The position numbers were made by a program, and so were the translations under genes. A stretch of 64,000 bases of DNA from Eledone cirrhosa (lineage: Eukaryota), in contig OZ024740.1 in the NCBI GenBank assembly GCA_964016885.1, forward strand, positions 269,452,001 to 269,516,000, given 5' to 3'. The notes under the pieces were generated by a model. It saw only the letters and a list, made by a program, of their open reading frames with translations, was not told the DNA's origin and ran no database searches. This document shows, piece by piece, positions 54,727-64,000 of this stretch (positions within the stretch are counted from its first letter, which is position 1; every line of letters begins with the position of its first letter).

Positions 54727-57700
54727 TTACAGATATATACTCAGAGTCGGCCCATTCACTCGGGCCATTCTTGCTTCTCTCACCCATCTTTCAACAAAAT
54801 GCTGGGAAGAGAGCACTTCCTTCTCTACTCTGATTTTCCTTTTCAAATGAAATTTGAAAAAGTCAATCAGAGCATCACCGAAGAGGTAAGTGCTCGTCTT
54901 CAGCCCTTTCAAACGTGTCCACCATACTATCTCTTTCGCCATGGCCACCAGACAGATAAAAACTGCCTGCCCTTCCCGGCTAAAGGAGGAGGGCGGGGCA
55001 ATCCTCACGATAGACTCAGATGATAGCTGGATCCGTCCTAAACGCGACAGCAGGTGTTCGACATAAACCCACAAGTCAGCAATTTTCGGACACTGGACGA
55101 GTGCGTGCAGGACGGTTTCGTCGCCCTGCGCGCATCTCGGACATGCCCGGCTGACGGCACCTCCATGCCTGTAGAGTTTATCCCGAACTGGCAAGGCTCC
55201 TCGGTAGCACTGCCAGGCCAGAGATTTCTGGAAGTTGTCCATAGGCCCTGGCTCGAAGGTTCTTCCGAAGAGATTGGCTAGTTGATTTTCGTCGACGCCT
55301 AGAGTTTCCCCAAGTACGTCGTCGCTCTTCCCCTCCACTAATCCTCTATAGAACGCCGAGGTGGAGTTTCCACCGATCACATTGCCCGATTGGTCGAGGG
55401 CTGTGAGCGCCTGAAGACATTCCAGTCTCCAGGCGCTCCCTCTCGGTCTTCGCTTGACCCAGGACTGCAGCTCCGTCAAGGAAACGAGCTGGGGAAAAAC
55501 GCGTCTAGCAAACGGCGACCACACCTGATCACCGTCGAGGAAGAGGTGGAGATGTCGTAGCCTGAGCGCGTGCCTGCGCATCATCAGCCACGGCATGCCC
55601 AGCCCTCCACGTAGCGGGTGTTGACAACAGATGGACCGCCTGACCATCGGAGCACGTCCCTTCCACAAAAAGCGAAAGAGCAAACGCTCCAGCGCAGTCA
55701 GGCGAGGCTTAGGACAAGGTACGACGGTTAGGCGGTAGCAGATGACAGACGCGATGTACGCGTTAGCCACCTCCGCTCGACCTTTCAGGGATAGCTTCCT
55801 CTCCGCCCATTTCTGGGTGAGAGAAGCCACCCTGCTCGTCACCTCGTCCCAGTTTTTGTCCGTCTGGAGGTCCGGACCGAACCAGACCCCTAGCAATTTA
55901 ACCGGTCCGTCCGTCCAGCGCCCGACGACGCTGTTGGACGGCATGGACCTGCCTCTCCAGGTGCCGAGCTGCAGGCCCACTGACTTTTCCTGGTTGATCA
56001 TTGCTCCTGTCACCGCTTCGTATTCTCTTAGTGTAGTGCCGATCGCCTCGATGTGTTTGGCGTTCGACACCACTACGGTGACATCGTCCGCATATGCTGA
56101 CACGGATCTTCCGCATCCTAGTTCGCGCGGGACTCCCCTCAACGTCTCCAGTTTGTGCAGTAATGGCTCGAGAGTCAATACGTACAAGAGGGACGAGAGG
56201 GGACATCCTTGGCGGACCGAACGCATGATGTTGAACGGTTCCGACAGGTGACCGTTCACTCTCACCACAGAGCAGATGTCGCTGTGCATGGCAGCGATCC
56301 AGCCTCTGAAGACGGGCCCAAAGCCAGCCGCCCTCAGGACTGCCGCTAGGTAACGATGGTCGACCCTATCGAAAGCTTTCGACTGATCTAAATTGATCAA
56401 GGACCCACCCGTGCCAGGTTCCCTAGCTACCCTCTCTACGATGTATCGCATGAGGTGGAGGTTGTCGTGGATGGATCTGTCGGGAATGGCGCATGTCTGC
56501 GCCTCTCCCACCAGACCACCAACGACAAGCGCCAACCTCTTTGCTAGCACCTTGGCCAAAATCTTAAACTCTGTGTTTAGCAGAGTTATGGGCCGGAAAT
56601 TGTCTATGTTATCCCCCTTGTTCGGATCCTTTCTCAGCAGTGCCACCGCTCCTCGGCTCACAGAACTGGGAATTCTCCCGTTCTGTTGCCAGTTGCAGTA
56701 GACGTCCGCCAAGAGGCCTCCGAACAAGTCTGGCATCTGTACGTAAAGTTCATAGGGCAGACCATCCAAACCAGGCGATTTACCCCTTGTGCAGCCAGTC
56801 ATTGCCTCCCGTACTTCAGCGGCTGTTATCGGCTTTTCGCAACACCTCGCCTCAGTGGCCGAGAGCCGCGGCAGTCCGTCGAGGTAGACACTAAAGTCCA
56901 TCCCTCTACCCGGCCCGCCGCTGCCCCCGAACAGCTGAGCGAAGTGTCGCTGAAAAGCTTCACACATTTGCCCGGGATCGAGTAGCATGCGCCCGTCGTG
57001 GTCCACCAAAGACCGGATCGTGGCTTTGTTGCCACGACGCGCCTCCGCCACTCGGGCCCATTGAACGGCTTTCGTCCCCTCGTGTCTGAGAGCACGCACC
57101 CTAGCTCTGACAACGCAGCCTTCGTGCTTTGCATTGAAGAATTGGTCAAGGGCCAATTTCGCCGCAAGCACGTCGGTCGCAATGCCTTTGCTAAGCGCCT
57201 CGTCTAATTTTCTAACTAGTTCTCCCTCTGCTCTATTTTTCTCTATTGCTAAAGCCTTACTAAACCTAATCGATTCTATTCTAATCGCTCTTTTCAGAGC
57301 AAACCACCACTTGTTGTTGACGATGGCCCCCGTCAACGCCCGCTTAACTAGTTCGCTAATCCGGTCTCTGTAGGCCTTGCGCGCTGGTAAGGACGCGTTT
57401 AGCTTCCAGTAGCCGGGTCCTCGTCTATGAAGCCTATCTAAGTCAAGCACACAGGTCACGAATTTGTGGTCCGTGTAGCTGACTATCTTGAATTGTGGAC
57501 AGCCTATGCTAGACCTATCTATTTCCCTACAAAATACTCTATCTAGATATGATCTGGATGACCCTATGCGGTTTGTCCAAGTCCACATTGGCACATTCGG
57601 GAAATCCAATCGGTACCTGTCAGACAGTTCAAAACGCCTGAGCAGGTTGGTGAGGCTCTTGCACCCTCCACCCCTATCCGCTAATCCCACACAGTCCCAG

Positions 57701-58146
57701 CGTGCATCTAAGATCCCGTTCCAGTCGCCCACTAACACTAAAGAGCGGGACGTTCCAAGAAAGGTCTCCAGACGCCGGAAGAAATCAGGCCGCCCTGCTC
57801 CTGTCGGGGCATAGACGGCCACTAGCCTGAAAGCTTGCCCGTCTCCGCTGGTCACGTCCAGCACCACCAGCTTACCCTCTGGGTCCAGGAAGATGGCCCG
57901 TATGGCGAGATCCAAACCTCTCCGAAAAAGCACAGCAACTCCTCCACCCGATCCAGGACGGCTGGGAGATGCGTACACATCGTAGCCGCCGAAGATCGGT
58001 GCGAAGGCCCGTGCTTCGGAGATTCTGGTCTCGCTGATGGCCACTACATCTATGTTTAGTGACCTGAGGTCGTTGAGCAGGTGACCCTGCTTCCATGACG
58101 ACCCCAAGCCACGCGCATTTATGCTGCCTATTCTGAGTGAGGTCAT
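54727..58146 (-). CDS. ORF2: AP endonuclease, reverse transcriptase and C-terminal zinc-binding domain (1139 aa)
   Basis: NARGL, SET, VYAP, GDWN, SYLDRVF, TDHK (APE); KSPGLDGL, FRPITLLN, DQSKAFD, VRQGCPLS, YADD (RT); CPRC...ETVLHALVQC. Confidence 0.95.
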   Translation of the reverse strand: MTSLRIGSINARGLGSSWKQGHLLNDLRSLNIDVVAISETRISEARAFAPIFGGYDVYASPSRPGSGGGVAVLFRRGLDLAIRAIFLDPEGKLVVLDVTSGDGQAFRLVAVYAPTGAGRPDFFRRLETFLGTSRSLVLVGDWNGILDARWDCVGLADRGGGCKSLTNLLRRFELSDRYRLDFPNVPMWTWTNRIGSSRSYLDRVFCREIDRSSIGCPQFKIVSYTDHKFVTCVLDLDRLHRRGPGYWKLNASLPARKAYRDRISELVKRALTGAIVNNKWWFALKRAIRIESIRFSKALAIEKNRAEGELVRKLDEALSKGIATDVLAAKLALDQFFNAKHEGCVVRARVRALRHEGTKAVQWARVAEARRGNKATIRSLVDHDGRMLLDPGQMCEAFQRHFAQLFGGSGGPGRGMDFSVYLDGLPRLSATEARCCEKPITAAEVREAMTGCTRGKSPGLDGLPYELYVQMPDLFGGLLADVYCNWQQNGRIPSSVSRGAVALLRKDPNKGDNIDNFRPITLLNTEFKILAKVLAKRLALVVGGLVGEAQTCAIPDRSIHDNLHLMRYIVERVAREPGTGGSLINLDQSKAFDRVDHRYLAAVLRAAGFGPVFRGWIAAMHSDICSVVRVNGHLSEPFNIMRSVRQGCPLSSLLYVLTLEPLLHKLETLRGVPRELGCGRSVSAYADDVTVVVSNAKHIEAIGTTLREYEAVTGAMINQEKSVGLQLGTWRGRSMPSNSVVGRWTDGPVKLLGVWFGPDLQTDKNWDEVTSRVASLTQKWAERKLSLKGRAEVANAYIASVICYRLTVVPCPKPRLTALERLLFRFLWKGRAPMVRRSICCQHPLRGGLGMPWLMMRRHALRLRHLHLFLDGDQVWSPFARRVFPQLVSLTELQSWVKRRPRGSAWRLECLQALTALDQSGNVIGGNSTSAFYRGLVEGKSDDVLGETLGVDENQLANLFGRTFEPGPMDNFQKSLAWQCYRGALPVRDKLYRHGGAVSRACPRCAQGDETVLHALVQCPKIADLWVYVEHLLSRLGRIQLSSESIVRIAPPSSFSREGQAVFICLVAMAKEIVWWTRLKGLKTSTYLFGDALIDFFKFHLKRKIRVEKEVLSSQHFVERWVREARMARVNGPTLSIYL

Positions 58147-58181
58147 GTTTAAAATAGAGTGGAAAAGATGGGAAAGACCAC

Positions 58182-60278
58182 TTACCGTACTTTTGGTAGA
58201 GGAGGGATGGTTTTTACATCCCTTTTCACTTGATCGTCTGGTGAAGGGACCGTTGAATCGTCCCTTCGGCTGGTCGTCGGCTCTTCTAAGAGAATGTCTG
58301 AATATACTCTTCGATTAATGGTTCCTCCTAGGTCCCTGAAATCACCAACTGCGTTGGGGAATTTCGTTTTAATGTTTGTGTATTGTTTCTGTGCTATTTT
58401 TAGCAGTCTTATGTTAGTTGGCGTTTTGATTGGTGCTGGTATTATGTAGTCCTGTTGTGAAATGTCTGTGTGTTCAATTATGTAAGTCATTAGTTTCTTG
58501 TTGTGTGTGTTTATTGCCGTGCATTTGTTTTTCTGGGGGTGGGGTGTGGTTCTGCTATTTTCTTGTCGTTGTTGCTGGGTGTGTGTGTTTTGTTGTTGTG
58601 TTTGCGATGTTGGTGCTTGTGGTGGTGGTGTTGAAGGTGTTGTTGGCGGTGGGGTTGTCGCCGGTGGTGATGGTGGTGCTGGTGTGGGTGGTGATGGTGT
58701 TGGTGGTGTTGCTGCTGTGGGTCTCTTTGCAGTAGACTTTACCCTTTTCTCATTTCTTTCCTCCCTTTTCAAAGGCGACGATGCGCTGCTTCTGCGTTTG
58801 TGCCTTCTTGCGACCTTTTGCCATCCCTCTCCCACCTCACACTCCATGTCTGATTCTGTAAGGTCGGGGAGGGGTACCAGCTCCACTCTTTCACTTGTTG
58901 TTGTTGGTGATGTTTGCACTGGAGTCTCTGTTGCAGCTGCATTTGGTATTGCTGTTGTTGTTGTTAATATTTCCACTGCTGCTGCTGTCTTTGATTTCCG
59001 TGGAGTGGGTATGGGTGCCACGGACCTATCGTTCCTGGTTGCCGCTTGTCCTGTTGCTGGTAGCCGTGGAGCCGGATTCGGAAGGAGGGGGGTTTTCTCC
59101 TTTCTCAGGGTCTTCTCGTTGCAGAAGGCCCTGAGGTGAGTCTTCGATCCACAGCGAAAGCATTTCGGGCGTTTGCCCTCAACACTTATGGGCAGTTGAG
59201 TGCCGTTATCGAAGTCTATCACATCCGGGATAGCTTCGATGCACTCCTGGTTGGTTTGGATTAGCATCTCAATGGAGGAGCCGACCCAATCTTCTCTTAC
59301 TTTTTTCTGTACTTGCAGTACAGTTGTTTTGTCCTCGATTCCGACGAGGACAGACGCGGCCAGCCAAGAAGGGGTCATTCCGGGGGGGACGTGGGTCAGT
59401 TTGACCCTCACAATTTTTTGCCCGCAGTAGGAGGGCACCAACACCATTTCCTCGCTCCTTAGGGTCACTACTGATTGGGCCTTTGCCTCCTGGGGTGTGG
59501 CAAAAAGTACGTCTACGGTGGCGTATTTTTTGCCTCGGGTGATGTGCGTTTTCCTCTGCCACACAGACCCCAAGGCTTTTTGTATTTGGGCCTCTGTGGC
59601 TCTTTCCACCCTACGGGATTTTGCACTTACTGTACGGTACGTGACCGTACAGTGCTCTTGGGTTTCGAAAAAATTTTTCGCTGCCTTGCAGATTGCTCGG
59701 TGTCCGTTCTTTGTCACCATCTTCTTCGCTTCCTCTAATTCCTCATTTGTTATGAGGATTGTTTCCAAGTTTTTCGCAATACCTGCAAATGAGATTGGTT
59801 TTTCTCTGCTGTTGTTGTTGTCGTCAGAGCTGCTGGTACTTTTGTTGTTGCTGCAGGTACTACGACTACTGCCTCCGCCGCTGTTGCTGTGGTTGTTGTT
59901 GGTGTTGCTGCTGCTAATGCTGTTGTTGTTTATGCTGCTGGTGATGCTGTTGCGGCTGCTACTGTTGTTTTCATTGTCACTGTTGCTGTTGTTATTACGG
60001 CTGCTACTGCTATTATTCCTGACGTCAGACGAATGAACTGGGTTTTCGTATTTCCCGCACACCTGTTTCGTCGCTGTCGTCGTCGTCGTGGTGAAACCTT
60101 GCACGCTTTGCACGAGACTTTTCTTTTCTTTCGTCACTTGCGAAAGAGAAGGGAGGGAGAGAGACACATTTAAAGAAGGGAGGGAGAGAGACAATCTTCT
60201 CTCTGCTGTAGTGATGATTGAGGAAGAAGAAGACGGAATGAGTGGGAGTGACGTATGAAATTTCATTTTCGTAGCCAT
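58182..60278 (-). CDS. ORF1: gag-like nucleic-acid-binding protein with one CCHC zinc knuckle (698 aa)
   Basis: CFRCGSKTHLRAFC knuckle, Asn/Ser-rich N-terminus and Pro/Thr-rich C-terminus; ends 35 nt upstream of the ORF2 start. Confidence 0.88.
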   Translation of the reverse strand: MATKMKFHTSLPLIPSSSSSIITTAERRLSLSLPSLNVSLSLPSLSQVTKEKKSLVQSVQGFTTTTTTATKQVCGKYENPVHSSDVRNNSSSSRNNNSNSDNENNSSSRNSITSSINNNSISSSNTNNNHSNSGGGSSRSTCSNNKSTSSSDDNNNSREKPISFAGIAKNLETILITNEELEEAKKMVTKNGHRAICKAAKNFFETQEHCTVTYRTVSAKSRRVERATEAQIQKALGSVWQRKTHITRGKKYATVDVLFATPQEAKAQSVVTLRSEEMVLVPSYCGQKIVRVKLTHVPPGMTPSWLAASVLVGIEDKTTVLQVQKKVREDWVGSSIEMLIQTNQECIEAIPDVIDFDNGTQLPISVEGKRPKCFRCGSKTHLRAFCNEKTLRKEKTPLLPNPAPRLPATGQAATRNDRSVAPIPTPRKSKTAAAVEILTTTTAIPNAAATETPVQTSPTTTSERVELVPLPDLTESDMECEVGEGWQKVARRHKRRSSASSPLKREERNEKRVKSTAKRPTAATPPTPSPPTPAPPSPPATTPPPTTPSTPPPQAPTSQTQQQNTHTQQQRQENSRTTPHPQKNKCTAINTHNKKLMTYIIEHTDISQQDYIIPAPIKTPTNIRLLKIAQKQYTNIKTKFPNAVGDFRDLGGTINRRVYSDILLEEPTTSRRDDSTVPSPDDQVKRDVKTIPPLPKVR

Positions 60279-60492
60279 GTTGTTTTTTGTTTAAAATGAA
60301 TATTGGGTACAAAACCCCAATAACTGGTTATTTAACCCCGAAGGGCCAAATAACGGACAGAAAGACCCCTCTCACGAGGAGGAGGGTGTCTTTATCAACA
60401 ATTTGGTTCAAGTTTTAAACAATTTACAATTGTTTTAACGGTTAAAAATTACTATACCTTACAGAGCCGAGCCTCCGTCAACCATGGCATTC

Positions 60493-60905
60493 AATAATAA
60501 TAATAATAATGATAATAATGCTTTCTTTATTAACCACAAGGGTTGACACAAAGTATAACATTAAGGACAACACAGGACAATACAAATGGGCATTTCTGCG
60601 TGTAAAAAACAAAAACAGAGTGTGACAAAAGGAAACAATAAAAAATTCCCCAAAAGGGAACCAACCAGTAACATGTAAATAAACAAGTAAATAAACAAAT
60701 ATAAACACACACAGACACCCGGATGTAACACATGCGCAAACTAAGCACACAACACACACAAAAACAAGATGGCGTAGGACAGAACAAAGGAGAGGCACAA
60801 AAACAAAGAAAAGAATCCCCAGTAACTGAAGAGGTCACATAATGTGTGACGAAAGAACTTTGACAATATATGAACAACCGTCCGGTTGTGGAACCAACCA
60901 ACCAA
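60493..60905 (-). mobile_element. 3'-UTR fragment of a related Tx1 subfamily with (ATT)n tail
   Basis: Shares TTTATTAACCACAAGGGTT...ATTAAGGACA...CATTTCTGCGTGTAAAAAA with the other two copies. Confidence 0.75.
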
Positions 60906-62217
60906 CCGGGAATTTATAAATTCTTAAATTTATAAATTTAATTTATAATAAATTGGAGTGAAAGCAACTGGTCCGTGTGTTTCTTATTGGCAACGTGACC
61001 CTCCCAGAGCATAACAATATCTGTTTCAACACACGTTTTCAGATAAAGAATCTTGCTAAACAAATTCAGAAGCGAAATATATATATATATATATATAAAG
61101 TTCAAGATATATATATATATATCTTGGACTTTCGTCGTTGATGACGAAGAGTGTTTCAGTTGTTTGATCATGGTAAATGCTTGCTTGTGAAATTAACACG
61201 CAAGCACTGAACTGTCCACAAACATGTGTACACTTAACACAATCATCAGAAAAATTCAGCGTGATATGTTGTGTGACCAGGCGGATCATTTGAATTAGTG
61301 GTACGGCTATTTTTATTTTTTATTTTTTTTATTAGCAACGTGAAATATAATGGCTTGCTGAAAGACACAATACACTACCAGGAATCGAACTCCCGACCTT
61401 ACGATCATGAACCGAACACACTCACTACTAATTCATATGCCTTCACATACACATATATCTGCGGTGATTTCAGCACACGGTCTACCATAACTGTCATGTC
61501 TAGTTTAAACCAGCAAAATATGACTTGCAACATTGCATTCAATAGTTGTAATACTCGCTAAGGTTTTAAGCCATTTATAGCATTTATAGTTCTTTTCTAT
61601 ATTACTTCCTTTTTCTCCATATTGGATTAAATATTAAATTCTTTATTATTTTTATGTAATTTTCTCCTAGAAATATATTTGAATATTTTGAAAAAGACTT
61701 AAAATGAAAGAAGATATTAAGAATATAAAATATGCTTACTTAGTTTAATTTACAACAATAACAAAAAAATACTGGCGTAAATAAATTTCATGGTGCGCCA
61801 CAAGGTGGAGTGGCTTTTCCAGAGAGACTCCTTCGCCGTCCTCCGGGACCAATGTATTCTCCATCTTGTCGACCGGGACCAAGAGTTAGTTGGGCGTGGA
61901 GGATACTCGTTCGGACGTCACACATTTCCCCTTCTTACCCCACTTTCATTCACTTTATGTATTATGTATGCGCTTCTTCAAGGTAGGTCGGACTTATGTG
62001 CTACTGGGAAGCCAAAAGTTTCATATGCAAAAACCATATAGGCTTTAGCTTATTCTTGTGAGTAAATTCCACTGATTACTGAAATAATTTTGACATGACC
62101 ACTGTTTAGGATGTTTATAGCGAGTCTTTTTCTTTTGCATGTTTAGTAAACAAACACATAACATACATGCCTTCGTGTATACCTCTGTTGTGAACCTTGG
62201 AATGTTAGTGGTACTGC

Positions 62218-62433
<216 letters not shown>

Positions 62434-62606
62434 AATTCAGCGAGAATCGTATTTCGGCCGATAGAAAAAGCGAAACGAAACGCAAAATCGTAGAAATGCT
62501 GGCAACCGCTCAATAGTTAAAAAAACTACAGGAAAACAATATGTTAAAACGCCATACAAACTGATATCAAAATATTAATAAATGGAGACATTTACATAAT
62601 CAAAAT

Positions 62607-62678
62607 ATATGTTTTATTATATATATTTCGGAGGTACTGTGCTGTTTTTTCAGTACATCCTCATCAGATAAAATATAT
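62607..62678 (-). ncRNA. Type I hammerhead ribozyme (third intact-core family)
   Basis: ATATATTTTAT-CTGATGA-GGATGTACTG...CAGTACCTCC-GAAA-TATATA-TA-ATAAAACATAT; canonical G-C pair closing stem II. Confidence 0.72.
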
Positions 62679-62747
62679 GAATTGATATAGGACATACCTC
62701 AACTGAGTTGATGGTTCAATTTCAGTCTTGGCAGTCATTAACACTTG

Positions 62748-62795
<48 letters not shown>

Positions 62796-62831
62796 CCATT
62801 TGGTATATATATATATATATATATACCAAAT

Positions 62832-62871
<40 letters not shown>

Positions 62872-62903
62872 GAAAAATCAGTGATGCATCTAGACGCAGT
62901 TTA

Positions 62904-63001
62904 TTGCGTGTTACAATTGTTTCGCCGCCAGATAGATCGAGACACGATCATTGTATGGATCTGCCTGATTTTATAACTGCGGGTTCTTCGGACACATGCA
63001 A
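62904..63001 (-). ncRNA. Degenerate type I hammerhead
   Basis: TTGCATGTGT-CCGAAGA-(long stem II)-GAAA-CAATTG-TA-ACACGCAA; core U4 is replaced by C. Confidence 0.45.
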
Positions 63002-63136
63002 TGCTTTCGGAGCAAATTTTCTCACTGGGGTGTTAGCTTCAAAAATTATATTATTTCACACTCTGATCTGTAAGAACATAAGAGTGCTCAACTGGCATAC
63101 CGCCTATGGAAGCAGCATAGCTACCATTAAACACAC

Positions 63137-63200
<64 letters not shown>

Positions 63201-63213
63201 TTGTGTGTGTGTG

Positions 63214-63248
<35 letters not shown>

Positions 63249-63504
63249 AAAGAATAGAGGTGTAACACACAAGTTATTATATATTGGTAAACGGAATAGA
63301 AAATGCTGACAAATTGTTCACAGTTGAAAAATGGTTTAATTAGGAATAAAAGAGTATTAGTAATTGTATGGGTTAGTATTCGAACCCACAACATACACAC
63401 GTCAACATACATACCTACATCAGCACACATCTCTACCCACATATAAACACAATGACATACGTAAATACACATGCTCTATGGTGCAACACAAAAAAATATA
63501 TGTG

Positions 63505-63542
<38 letters not shown>

Positions 63543-63922
63543 AAATATATGTCTGTGTATATATGTATAGTGAATATCATTTCACACCTTTTATTGTTAA
63601 GATTTTTGATGTTCTATTAAGAGAACCGATTTTACTGAAAAAATCGAATAATGTACACCATTTTACCAGGGGGGAGGAAACAAATACTGGTCCACCCACA
63701 CACACACACACACACACACGCACACACACACACATATATATACACACACACATACACACGCGTACATCAACATACAAAGAGACTTATATATACACACACA
63801 CACACACACGCACTTCTCCGTATAAGACAAAAGCTGAAAAATATCTTTTGACATGCTAAAATACCCCCATTGCTTTCAGACACATTCTTACTGACCATCC
63901 CTACCACCACGAATTACCCTGC

Positions 63923-63965
<43 letters not shown>

Positions 63966-64000
63966 ATCTTAATAGCCATTTGACACACATCGCTGCTAAC

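Larger units (their letters stand above)
54414..60492 (-). mobile_element. Full-length, apparently intact L1/Tx1-clade non-LTR retrotransposon (~6.1 kb)
   Basis: 5' UTR, ORF1, ORF2, 3' UTR, AATAAA (54470-54475 on minus) and (ATT)n tail at 54414-54463. Confidence 0.93.

Noticed and set aside
55054-60312. Antisense and alternative-frame ORFs within the Tx1 element
   Set aside because: Expected shadows of a GC-rich coding region; no motifs.

Overview
AT-rich, microsatellite-dense metazoan intergenic or intronic DNA. The repeat landscape (Meta-type tRNA SINEs, RTE LINE tails ending in (GAT)n, kilobase (TA)n/TACA tracts) suggests a mollusc, most plausibly Octopus; this is an inference. I see no convincing host protein-coding gene. 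Nearly all long ORFs in the track are either (TA)n artefacts or retrotransposon ORFs. The retroelements are a 5'-truncated CR1/L2-type RT, several decayed RTE copies, a CRE-like element with a restriction-like endonuclease, and a head-to-tail stack of three L1/Tx1-type copies, one with intact ORF1 and ORF2. The main signal is non-coding. At 3363-7572 a near-identical 310-bp monomer is repeated about 13.6 times as a divergent inverted array inside a (TA)n tract. Every full monomer carries a complete type I hammerhead ribozyme fold (13 copies) plus several other hairpins, which fits a retrozyme or Penelope-derived circular-RNA element copied by rolling-circle reverse transcription. At least four other, sequence-distinct hammerhead loci occur in the window (23.4 kb, 35.6/37.4 kb, 62.6 kb, 62.9 kb), mostly beside (TA)n and often as divergent inverted pairs. 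All folds were paired by eye; no folding software or database search was run.
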